Shown here: positions 49,541 to 58,811 of the stretch, piece by piece | Numbering within the stretch: position 1 is the stretch's first letter | Layout of the letters: each line of letters opens with the position of its first letter | Assembly: GCA_963718665.1 (NCBI GenBank) | Contig: OY970359.1 | Span: 192,001-256,000, forward strand | Length of the DNA: 64,000 nt | Reading direction: 5' to 3' | Source of the DNA: an uncultured Phycisphaerales bacterium | GTDB lineage: Bacteria; Planctomycetota; Phycisphaerae; Sedimentisphaerales; Anaerobacaceae | The notes under the pieces: model-generated | Told to the model about the DNA's origin: nothing | The model's input: the letters and a program-made list of their open reading frames with translations, nothing else | The model's database searches: none | Program-made: the position numbers and the translations under genes

Positions 49541-51076
49541 ATGGAAGAGAACAGATACAGAATACTCCTGGTTGAGGACGACCGGCTTGACCAGATGGCG
49601 TTCAAACGAATGGTCAAGGAGGAAAACCTCCCTTACGATTACACAATCGCCGGCTCGGTCGCTCAGGCCGGCCAAATCCTCGGCGGAGAAAAATTCGACC
49701 TGATTTTCCTAGACTATCTCCTCGGCGACGGAACCGCTTTCGACCTCCTCGATTCCATCGTCAATACCCCTACTGTCTTTGCCACCGGAACTGGCAGCGA
49801 GGAGCTGGCGGTTAAAGCGATGAAGGCGGGAGCATCCGATTATCTCATAAAAGACCCGGCCAGAAATTATCTGAAGGTCCTTCCTGAAATCGTAAAAAAC
49901 GCCATAAGGCATAAAAAGGACAAGGACGAGCTTAAACAATACCACGAGAAGCTTGTCGATTTGGTCAAAGAGCGGACCGAACAACTCGCGGAGGAAAAAG
50001 AGTTGCTGGCGGTAACCCTTTCGAGTATGGGCGACGCCGTAATCGCGGTTGACGCCGAAAACAGGATAACGCTTTTTAACAAAACCGCCGAACAGCTTAC
50101 CGGCTGGCGATTCGAAGAAGTGCATCATAAGCCGGTCGATGAGATAATCAGGATTATCAACGAACAAACCAAAAAGCCCGTTGACAGCCCTATCGACAGG
50201 GTGCTCGAATCAAGAGAAATTGAAAGCGGCACAGGCAATGATGCGCTCATCGCCAGGACCGGGCGAGAATGCCCCATAGCCGCGACGGCCTCGCCCATCC
50301 GAAGAAACGACGGAACTATGACCGGCATCGTAATGGTGCTACGCGACGTCTCGCAGCAGCGTGAAATCGACCGTATGAAGTCGGACTTTATCTCATCGGT
50401 TTCCCACGAGCTGCGAACCCCGCTTACGTCGATAAAGGCATACGCCGAAACAATGCTCGATGACCCAACTATGGCACAACCAACAAGGCAGGAGTTCCTG
50501 CAAATCATCAACGAGGAATCCGACCGGCTCACAAATCTTATAAACGGAATCCTCGACATTTCCAAGATAGAGGCAGGCACAATCGAAATCATTCGCAAAC
50601 CCATCAATGTTGCCTCGGTCGCAAAACGCGCCGCTGAATCGCTCGAATACGTCGCAGGCAAAAAGAAAATCCGGCTGCAAACAGATATCGCGGAGCATCT
50701 GCCCGAGCTGCTCGGCGACGAAAACAAAATCTACTCAATGATTACCAACCTGATTAATAACGCTATCAAGTTCACCCCCGAAAACGGCGCCGTCTCGGTA
50801 TCCGCAAAACTCATCAACAACGAGCTGGTCGTAAAGGTCTCCGATACCGGTATGGGAATACCAAAAGATGACCTGAATAAAATTTTCGGCCGATTCTATC
50901 GCGTCCACCGACCCGGCAAACAAATCCCGGGCACAGGACTCGGCCTTGCAATCGTCAAGGAAATCGTCATCAGGCACGACGGCAGAATCGATGTCGAAAG
51001 CAAGCTCGAAAAAGGCAGCACCTTCACCGTCTATCTCCCCGCCTGTCCCCGAGAAGCTCCTACTTTGGCCCAGTAA
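49541..51076 (+). CDS. REC-PAS-histidine kinase
   Basis: N-terminal receiver (LLVEDD, FLDY, YLIKD), PAS, SHELRTPL, DTGMGI, GTGLGL. Confidence 0.93.
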   Translation: MEENRYRILLVEDDRLDQMAFKRMVKEENLPYDYTIAGSVAQAGQILGGEKFDLIFLDYLLGDGTAFDLLDSIVNTPTVFATGTGSEELAVKAMKAGASDYLIKDPARNYLKVLPEIVKNAIRHKKDKDELKQYHEKLVDLVKERTEQLAEEKELLAVTLSSMGDAVIAVDAENRITLFNKTAEQLTGWRFEEVHHKPVDEIIRIINEQTKKPVDSPIDRVLESREIESGTGNDALIARTGRECPIAATASPIRRNDGTMTGIVMVLRDVSQQREIDRMKSDFISSVSHELRTPLTSIKAYAETMLDDPTMAQPTRQEFLQIINEESDRLTNLINGILDISKIEAGTIEIIRKPINVASVAKRAAESLEYVAGKKKIRLQTDIAEHLPELLGDENKIYSMITNLINNAIKFTPENGAVSVSAKLINNELVVKVSDTGMGIPKDDLNKIFGRFYRVHRPGKQIPGTGLGLAIVKEIVIRHDGRIDVESKLEKGSTFTVYLPACPREAPTLAQ

Positions 51077-51110
51077 CAGGGGATCCAGAATAAAATCACA
51101 AATTCGTTAC

Positions 51111-51155
51111 TCCGCATCCCAAAATTTTACCCGCCGAAGTTTTAACGAAGGCGGG
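51111..51155. repeat. 45-bp dispersed repeat, inverted copy of 26430-26474
   Basis: TCCGCATCCCAAAATTTTACCCGCCGAAGTTTTAACGAAGGCGGG. Confidence 0.9.
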
Positions 51156-51269
51156 CCGCAATCGACAATCGTCAATTATTTAATCCTCATCCCCCCGCCT
51201 GTTCCCGAGAAGTTGCTACTTTGGTCCCGCAGCAGGGAACCCATCTTCAAATCCGCAATCTGCAATCGC

Positions 51270-51299
51270 ACACGTAGCGAAGCGCAGAGCCCGCTTCGG
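51270..51299. repeat. 30-bp GTAG-tagged repeat (family D), copy 3
   Basis: ACACGTAGCGAAGCGCAGAGCCCGCTTCGG. Confidence 0.8.
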
Positions 51300-51542
51300 A
51301 AATCATCAATTGCTTAATCACCCTGCCGAAAAAATGATTGCTACAGGTTATTTAGTAATTGTCATTTCCGTGATATGAGGTAAATGTGTTAATACGTGTT
51401 TTGAGGCCAAAAGACAACTTTCGTCTTTTTGGTATTTCTTATTCAATACTCGCCTAATCTCTTGTATCTTAACGAATTACATCCCTTCGTCCGGGAAAAT
51501 CGGAAAATATTTCAAAAAACACAGATTTTCTGCGTTTTTTGC

Positions 51543-51571
51543 TTGACATTATGGGTGTAGTGGAATAAAGT
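51543..51571 (+). promoter_or_regulatory. Putative sigma70 promoter of the PEP-CTERM gene
   Basis: TTGACA-17 nt-TAAAGT. Confidence 0.5.
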
Positions 51572-51819
51572 GATGTAATCCGAGTATCTCTATTGGATTA
51601 CTGGGAATGACAAATTTGTATAGTTTTAATCGAATCGTTAGCCGAGGCTAAAAGGCATATATCTGAACTTGTAAGAGAAGAGTGAGAGTGATGAGAAGAA
51701 GAGAGCGTTGGTTTTGTACTCATAGTCAGAATGAGTATCCACCTTTTATTTCTCTCCACATCAGCCCTCACCGATTAATTTAATGTCTATTTATTAATCT
51801 TACTTTTGGAGGAAAGAGA

Positions 51820-52611
51820 ATGAAAAAGTCAATAACAATTTGTGCAGTAGTGGTAACTATTTTAGCAATTAGCAGTGCGGCGCAGGCCGCCATCATAGGC
51901 ATCGGTACTCCCAGCAGTTCCTTCGCCAGCATCCAATTCGACGACACCACGTCGGTGAACCCTTCAGCATTGAACGGCATCACAAATTATACTATCAGCG
52001 CGCCCGCGTGGAACGGATCGAGCTTCACCATGCCAACGCAGACCGATCCCGTCACGTTCGACCAAGCCACGGGCAATCTCCTCGGGCAAATCATCAACCC
52101 GACGACCTATGCCGTCAGTTTGAACGGCGTCACGCTCACTCAGTTAGCCGTAAACACCGGCTATGCCCAACTTAATCTCAGCTTCAACATACAGTACCAG
52201 TTGGACAGTGGTGGGCTGGCCAGCCAGGCCACGCTCTTCCCGACCTTCGCTGTGAATGGCACCGTCCAGCCTGCAAGCACAGGCTTTGCCGAATTCGGCG
52301 GCACCATCGACTACTATGGCACGAGCACCTCCGGCACCTTCGGTTTGCTAGATACCGTGACCTACGGCACCACCGGCAGCAACCCCTACGTTTGGAACAC
52401 GCCCGGCCCCTTCAGCGCCACCGTCACTGGCGTGCCGGTCGTCGGAACGACACCCATGCTGCAGGGCAATACCGATCTTTACCTGGTAGGCAATTTTACG
52501 TTCATGGTGGATCCTGCCACGATTAACATCGAAACCGTCCCCGAACCTGCAACAATGTGTCTGCTTGGTCTTGGCGGTTTGCTGCTTCGCAGAAAACGCA
52601 GCAAAGCATAA
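51820..52611 (+). CDS. PEP-CTERM exosortase substrate protein
   Basis: Signal peptide, Thr/Gly/Ser-rich body, VPEPATMCLLGLGGLLLRRKRSKA. Confidence 0.95.
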   Translation: MKKSITICAVVVTILAISSAAQAAIIGIGTPSSSFASIQFDDTTSVNPSALNGITNYTISAPAWNGSSFTMPTQTDPVTFDQATGNLLGQIINPTTYAVSLNGVTLTQLAVNTGYAQLNLSFNIQYQLDSGGLASQATLFPTFAVNGTVQPASTGFAEFGGTIDYYGTSTSGTFGLLDTVTYGTTGSNPYVWNTPGPFSATVTGVPVVGTTPMLQGNTDLYLVGNFTFMVDPATINIETVPEPATMCLLGLGGLLLRRKRSKA

Positions 52612-52650
52612 AGAAATACTAAGTGTGAAGAAAAGTAGTAATTCTAAGTT

Positions 52651-52685
52651 AAAGGGCTGTGTTTAAAAAACACAGTCCTTTTTTT
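52651..52685 (+). terminator. Intrinsic terminator after the PEP-CTERM gene
   Basis: AAGGGCTGTGTTT...AAACACAGTCCTT stem with T run. Confidence 0.8.
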
Positions 52686-52885
52686 GTTATTTCAATTTTA
52701 CAAATAGGCAATTCCGCTTCTCAAATCATAAATGACGTGTGCCTTCGTGGCTAAAAATCCCGCGAAACGCACCCTTGACTTTCCCCCCCTCAGGCGATAA
52801 CCTTATCGCCATAATATTGGGCAGCCCCCTGGCGCAAGGGATTGCAGACGCAAACCACTATAGTAACAAAGGATGGTTTGAACCT

Positions 52886-55600
52886 ATGAAGAAAGACAAT
52901 GAGCCGCAGGAGCGGTTCGAGAATATACCAATACTCGATGAGCTGAAGAACTCATACCTTAATTACGCGATGAGCGTCATCGTATCGCGTGCCCTGCCGG
53001 ACGTCCGCGACGGCTTAAAACCCTCCCAAAGACGAATTCTGGTCGCGATGAACGACCTCAACCTTGGCCCACGAAGCAAACACCGTAAATGCGCAAAAAT
53101 AGTCGGCGACACCGGCGGTAATTATCATCCGCACGGTGACCAGGCGACCTATGGAACCCTCGTCCGCTTGGGCCAGGACTGGAATATGCGTTACACGCTG
53201 GTTGACCCGCAGGGCAACTTCGGCTCAATCGACGCAGACCCCCCCGCCGCGATGCGTTACACCGAGGCAAGAATGACCTCGGCGGCGACGGATATGCTCG
53301 AAGACCTCGAATACGAAACCGTCGATTTTGTGCCCAACTACGATGAGACAAGAACAGAGCCGACGGTATTGCCTTCGAAGCTCCCGAATCTGTTAGTCAA
53401 CGGCTCAACCGGTATAGCCGTTGGTATGGCAACCAACCTCCCGCCTCATAATATCGCCGAGGTTTGCGACGCCCTGCTGCTCGTCGTCGATGACCCCAAA
53501 TGCGGCTTCAAAGACATTATGGCAAAGCTGCCCGGCCCTGATTTCCCGACAGGCGGAATAATCTGCGGCAGACAGGGAATTGTCGAGGCCTACACAAAAG
53601 GCAAAGGGCATTTAGTCGTAAGAGCCAAGACAGAAATCGAACAGTCGAAAAAGGGAAAAGAATGTATCGTCATAACTGAAATCCCCTATATGGTGGTCAA
53701 GACGAGCATCGTTTCAAAAATAGCCGACTGCGTCCGCGATGGGCAAATCGCCGAGATTTCCGACGTCAGGGACGAATCGGACCGCCACGGTATGAGAATC
53801 GTGGTCGAAATCAAAAAAGATTGCGATGCGCAGGTCGCGCTGAACAAACTTTTTGAGTTCACCCAGTTACAGACCACCTTCGCAATCGCCAACGTCGCGC
53901 TGGTCAACAACCGGCCCGAAACGCTCAATATCCGCCAGATGCTCGATCTGTTTATCGACCATCGAAAGGTGGTCATACGCAGACGAAGTATGTTCCTGCT
54001 CAAACGCTGCCAAAACAGGGCGCACATTCTCGAAGGCCTCATCCTGGCGGTCAGCGACATAGATGAAATAATCGAACTCATCAAAAAATCACCCGACGCC
54101 CCCACCGCCAAGCTGAACCTGATGAAAAAGCCGTTGAAACTGGCGGAAACCGAAACCCTGCGAAAACTACTGTCTAAGGAATTCATCAAGGAAAAGACAA
54201 AGGAAAAGCAATTCCTCACAAGCCCGCAGGCGGACGCCATCCTGACGATGCAATTGCAGCGGCTGACGGGCCTCGAAATAGAAAAACTCGCAAAGGAGTA
54301 TAGCGGCCTCGTTGAGCAAATCGAAGGTTACGAGGCGATTTTAGCCAAGGACTCAGTCCTGATGGATATCATCCGTGAAGACATTCACGAGATGAAGACC
54401 AAATACGGCGACGCCAGACGCACAAAAATCACCGCAAAACAGGCCGAGACCTTCGACCTCGAAGACCTCATCGCCGACGAAGAGGTCATCGTTACCGTAA
54501 GCCACTCCGGCTACGTCAAGCGAATGCCTATCGACACCTATAGAAAACAAGGTCGGGGCGGCACCGGCATAATCGGCTCTGACACCAAGGAAGGCGATTT
54601 CATCGAACACATGTTCACCGCCTCCACCCACGACTACCTCCTGATTTTCACCAACCGCGGCAAGTGCTATTGGTTAAAGGTCTATGACATTCCCAGCTTG
54701 ACGCGGCAGAGCAGGGGAAGGAGTATCGCCAACCTGCTCAACCTCGGTGACCAGTCAATCGCCTCGGTAATCAATGTTGCCCGGCTTGTTGAAAACGAGG
54801 AATTACCCGAAGACAAACAGCCGCAGTTAGTGATGGCAACACAGAACGGCCTTATCAAAAAGACAAAACTCTCCGCATACAGCCACCCGCGCTCCGTTGG
54901 CGTTACCGCAATCAAGCTCGACCCCAACGACACGCTCATCGAGGTCGCCCAAACTACCGGCCACGACCACATAATCCTCGGCACACGCGACGGTATGGCG
55001 ATAAGATTCGATGAGCAGCAGGCACGCTCAATGGGCAGGGTATCAAGGGGCGTCCACGGAATCAGGTTACGTTCCGGCGACGCGGTCGTCGATATGGTAA
55101 TCGCTGAAGAAAAGGCATCGCTATTGACTGTCTGCGAAAAGGGTTACGGCAAACGCACCTCGCTCGACAACTACCGCTCCCAGAACCGCGGCGGCGTAGG
55201 ATTGATAAATATCAAGACCACCGACCGCAATGGAAAAGTCGTCGCACTCAAAGCAGTCCAGTTTGAAGACGAATTGATGCTGATTACCGCAAACGGAATC
55301 ATCATCCGCACAGGCCTCGACCAGATTCGTCCGATAGGCAGAAACACACAGGGCGTCCGGCTGATTAAACTCAAAGAAGGCGACAAACTCGTAGCCGCGG
55401 CAAAAATAGGCCCAGAAGTGGCGAAAGAACAGTCCGACGATTCGACAATACAAAAAGCGGAACTGCCGCTGCCGGAAGAAACTGTGCCGGAACCGGAAGA
55501 GGAAGAAGAAATCGAAGCCGAAGATGAGCCGGAAGACAGACAAAAGTCAAAACCGGAAAAGGACGAACCCAAGGACAAGGGTAAAAAGAAACGCAAGTAA
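52886..55600 (+). CDS. gyrA: DNA gyrase subunit A
   Basis: RALPDVRDGLKP, YHPHGD, AAMRYTE, GyrA-box QGRGGTG, C-terminal beta-pinwheel repeats, charged tail. Confidence 0.97.
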   Translation: MKKDNEPQERFENIPILDELKNSYLNYAMSVIVSRALPDVRDGLKPSQRRILVAMNDLNLGPRSKHRKCAKIVGDTGGNYHPHGDQATYGTLVRLGQDWNMRYTLVDPQGNFGSIDADPPAAMRYTEARMTSAATDMLEDLEYETVDFVPNYDETRTEPTVLPSKLPNLLVNGSTGIAVGMATNLPPHNIAEVCDALLLVVDDPKCGFKDIMAKLPGPDFPTGGIICGRQGIVEAYTKGKGHLVVRAKTEIEQSKKGKECIVITEIPYMVVKTSIVSKIADCVRDGQIAEISDVRDESDRHGMRIVVEIKKDCDAQVALNKLFEFTQLQTTFAIANVALVNNRPETLNIRQMLDLFIDHRKVVIRRRSMFLLKRCQNRAHILEGLILAVSDIDEIIELIKKSPDAPTAKLNLMKKPLKLAETETLRKLLSKEFIKEKTKEKQFLTSPQADAILTMQLQRLTGLEIEKLAKEYSGLVEQIEGYEAILAKDSVLMDIIREDIHEMKTKYGDARRTKITAKQAETFDLEDLIADEEVIVTVSHSGYVKRMPIDTYRKQGRGGTGIIGSDTKEGDFIEHMFTASTHDYLLIFTNRGKCYWLKVYDIPSLTRQSRGRSIANLLNLGDQSIASVINVARLVENEELPEDKQPQLVMATQNGLIKKTKLSAYSHPRSVGVTAIKLDPNDTLIEVAQTTGHDHIILGTRDGMAIRFDEQQARSMGRVSRGVHGIRLRSGDAVVDMVIAEEKASLLTVCEKGYGKRTSLDNYRSQNRGGVGLINIKTTDRNGKVVALKAVQFEDELMLITANGIIIRTGLDQIRPIGRNTQGVRLIKLKEGDKLVAAAKIGPEVAKEQSDDSTIQKAELPLPEETVPEPEEEEEIEAEDEPEDRQKSKPEKDEPKDKGKKKRK

Positions 55601-55671
55601 ATCAGGGAATCAGGGAACCAGAAAATCAGGAGAACATTTGGCTGACGCCCTGATTACCTGATGACCTTAAA

Positions 55672-56739
55672 ATGGCTAAAACAACACCAAAAGCTGGTGA
55701 TAAAACAAAAGCTGCCCCCCTGCTCGTGTATGTAATCGCAGGCGAAGACCCCTCCTTAGTAAACGCAAAATACACCGAAATCATCGACGGACTTGTCCCA
55801 GCCGAAGAAAGAGATGCCGGCCTGTTAGTTGTCGATGCCAACAAAGCCGTCATAGCCGAAATTCTCGATGAGCTGAGGACACTTCCTTTTTTCACAAAAA
55901 GAAAAATTGTCGCGATTCGAAACGCCGATAAATTTATCTCAGCCCACGGTCAGCAGGATGAAGAGGATGAGCAAGACAAACAAGACAGCCAAGGCGCCCC
56001 TGCCGGAGCAAGCAACCGCGAAATCCTCGAAAGATATTTTGAAAATCCCTGCCCTACCGGCATACTTGTAATGACGGTTTCCTCCTGGCCGAAAAACACC
56101 CGCTTAGCCAAAAAGCTGCCAACTATCGGAACTCTGGTAGAGATAAAACCACCTAAAAGCGAGGAATTCCCCAGTCGGATTATTAACTACGCTCGCGATG
56201 CTCACAATAAAACCCTTGATTACAGGACAGCCGGATTGCTAATCGAGCTTGCAGGCGAGAACCTTACCCGACTATATACCGAAATCGATAAACTCGCCAC
56301 TTATGCAGCAGCCGAGAAAGCGATAACAACCGCCCACGTCGAATCGCTTATCGGCCGGAATCGAGAATTCGACGCATTCGAGGTCATCGAATCCTGCCTT
56401 CAGCGAAAAACCGGCCCCGCAATCGAACGGCTGCGCAAGATGTTCGCCGAAGATAAATCCGCTGAATACACAACCATCGGCGCATTCGCGTATCACATCC
56501 GCAGGTTATTTACTGCGAAGAAAATGCTTGATGAAGGATGCTCACAGTATGAGGTCGCAGGCAAAGCCCGCATTTTTTACAATAAAGAGGCACACTTTGC
56601 GCTGCTTAAACGATTGACCCTCAAACAAATCGGCGACCAGATTCAGCTCTTAGCTGCAACCGATTACGCCATAAAACGAGGCCAGGCCCAGCCCAGAATC
56701 GCGATTGAGCAATTCGTCCTGCAATTGGCAGCGTTGTAA
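55672..56739 (+). CDS. holA: DNA polymerase III delta subunit
   Basis: VYVIAGED, ELRTLPFF, EIDKLATY, TDYAIKRG. Confidence 0.85.
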   Translation: MAKTTPKAGDKTKAAPLLVYVIAGEDPSLVNAKYTEIIDGLVPAEERDAGLLVVDANKAVIAEILDELRTLPFFTKRKIVAIRNADKFISAHGQQDEEDEQDKQDSQGAPAGASNREILERYFENPCPTGILVMTVSSWPKNTRLAKKLPTIGTLVEIKPPKSEEFPSRIINYARDAHNKTLDYRTAGLLIELAGENLTRLYTEIDKLATYAAAEKAITTAHVESLIGRNREFDAFEVIESCLQRKTGPAIERLRKMFAEDKSAEYTTIGAFAYHIRRLFTAKKMLDEGCSQYEVAGKARIFYNKEAHFALLKRLTLKQIGDQIQLLAATDYAIKRGQAQPRIAIEQFVLQLAAL

Positions 56740-56836
56740 TTGCCCCTGCCAAATAATCGAACATTCTTAATCAATAATCAATTAAAAGCAGCGGGCAAAG
56801 ACGCTTTATTGCCGCGGGGAATTACTTCTGTAAGTA

Positions 56837-58786
56837 TTATTCATCCGTTCTAAAAGATGACGCCGGCAAACCTTCCTTATTGTACAAATTCGCGCCTTCA
56901 GGATTATCAGCCCAGGCATACCGGACTGCGACAGGATTGGTCAGTTGGTCATTCCAAACCACGATTTTATTCCCCTCAATTTTTGCCTTCGCCCAGACAA
57001 ATTTTTTATCAGCGCCGGCAATAGAGAAGTACTTCAGCTCCCCATCTCCTTTTGCTGTTAATCCGCTGCCCGTATTTGTAAACGTCAGAATGATTTTATT
57101 TCCTTCGACTTTCATTGACTGGTAAATCGGGCCTGAATAAACCACTTTTTCATCGCCATAAGCCACCTTTTGAGCTGCGAGCGCCAGCCGTTTGCCTACA
57201 TCCTCTTTATTTAAAGGATGAATGTCGTTCCATTCGCCGAGGTCGATGGTTACAGCCATTCCAGTATTAGGAACAGCAAGCGTTTTAAGTTGTGCTTCTC
57301 TCGTTTCGGCCCAGCCGCTTTCAGAAGGACTGGTTTTAACCTCCATAAAATTGGCCAGTTGAACATACAAGAAAGGGAAATCCCCCTGATTCCATTTTCC
57401 TCTCCAGTCGGCTATCACCGCGGAAAACAGCTTTTGATATTCACTCGGCTTTGCGGTATTGGATTCGCCCTGATACCAAATTACTCCTTTAATTTTATAG
57501 TTTAAAAGCGGAGCTATCATGCCGTTGTATAATCCCGCCGGCTGCCACTCAATAAAAGTTTTGCCTGGTAATGGGTCCATTGCAGCGCCTAATCTGTATT
57601 GCCACTGGCCCTTTAAGTCGATTATCTGCCCTGCTGCTGAGAGATGATACGGCTTATCCAGAACAAAACCGCCCCGGCCTGAGTTACTAATAACTCTTAC
57701 TACGATGATATTCCTGCCTGCCTTTAGAAGGTCTGAAGGAATATCATATATTCTCGGCGGGTACTGGTACGAAACAGAGCCCACAGACCTGCCATTAACA
57801 TAAGTAAAATCGCCATCCACAATCCTGCCCAGCCAAAGCTTTGCCGGTTTACCGGTCATAGAAGCCGGGACGTTAACTTCTTTTCTGAACCAGACAACGC
57901 CGTTCACGTTTCCCAAGTTACCGTCAGCCCAGTACCCGGGCACATTCATTGTCGGCCATTGCGAAGCGTCGTAATTTACATCAAACCAGGGCTTTTGACC
58001 TTTTGTCAAACCATTATCAAGCTGCTGGATACGACTATACCACGCGTCGCTGACAGCTTTATCTTTTTCAGCGATTTGGTTAAGGTAATTGCTGTCTTTA
58101 AATTTTTTCGCTGTTTCCAGGCATTCAGGAAACGTCTTTAAGGCATCCTCGCTCAACCATGCCTGTGCCGGCGAGCCGCCCAAGCTTGCATTTATTAAAC
58201 CTATGGGGACATGATACTTCTCAAACAATTCTTTCGCGAAAAAATAACCCACGGCTGAAAAATGAAGAACGCTCTGGGGACTTGCCGACTCCCATCGGCC
58301 CGACTTCAAATCTTCCTGCGGCTCCTGAAAATCATATCTGTGCAGAACAATAAACTGCCTTATGTTAGGGTTGTCGGCATGAGCGATTACATCCGGATAG
58401 CGGTATTTTACCCTGTCCATAGCCAGTTCCATATTCGACTGACCTGAACATACCCATACATCGCCTATCATGATATTCGTTAGAGTTATATGATTACCGG
58501 CGTTAATATCCATACTGTATGGGCCGCCTGCTTTTAATTCAGAAAGCATTACCGCCCATTTGCCATCTGTGTCTGTAGTGGTATTATATGTTTTGCCGTT
58601 AAAGTTAATTGTTACTTTTTCACCTTTATCAGCCCAACCCCAGATTTTGACATCAGCGTCTCTTTGCAGAACCATACCATCGCTTACCAAAAGTGGAAGT
58701 TTGACCTGGCAAAGGGCTGCCTGAGAAATCAGCAATACAAAACAGCATATTGCCGAACTAAGTATTTTTACCTTCAACTTCATCAT
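56837..58786 (-). CDS. Sialate O-acetylesterase (SASA)-family carbohydrate esterase with inserted sugar-binding domain
   Basis: SDGMVLQR, GDVWVCSGQSNM, WYQGESN, DIHP, VRYAW. Confidence 0.92.
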   Translation of the reverse strand: MMKLKVKILSSAICCFVLLISQAALCQVKLPLLVSDGMVLQRDADVKIWGWADKGEKVTINFNGKTYNTTTDTDGKWAVMLSELKAGGPYSMDINAGNHITLTNIMIGDVWVCSGQSNMELAMDRVKYRYPDVIAHADNPNIRQFIVLHRYDFQEPQEDLKSGRWESASPQSVLHFSAVGYFFAKELFEKYHVPIGLINASLGGSPAQAWLSEDALKTFPECLETAKKFKDSNYLNQIAEKDKAVSDAWYSRIQQLDNGLTKGQKPWFDVNYDASQWPTMNVPGYWADGNLGNVNGVVWFRKEVNVPASMTGKPAKLWLGRIVDGDFTYVNGRSVGSVSYQYPPRIYDIPSDLLKAGRNIIVVRVISNSGRGGFVLDKPYHLSAAGQIIDLKGQWQYRLGAAMDPLPGKTFIEWQPAGLYNGMIAPLLNYKIKGVIWYQGESNTAKPSEYQKLFSAVIADWRGKWNQGDFPFLYVQLANFMEVKTSPSESGWAETREAQLKTLAVPNTGMAVTIDLGEWNDIHPLNKEDVGKRLALAAQKVAYGDEKVVYSGPIYQSMKVEGNKIILTFTNTGSGLTAKGDGELKYFSIAGADKKFVWAKAKIEGNKIVVWNDQLTNPVAVRYAWADNPEGANLYNKEGLPASSFRTDE

Positions 58787-58811
58787 TATATTTTTTCAGT
58801 GTTTATCAGAA

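Noticed and set aside
52739..52885. N-terminal extension of GyrA from the ORF track
   Set aside because: Non-homologous sequence; conserved GyrA begins after the ATG at 52886.
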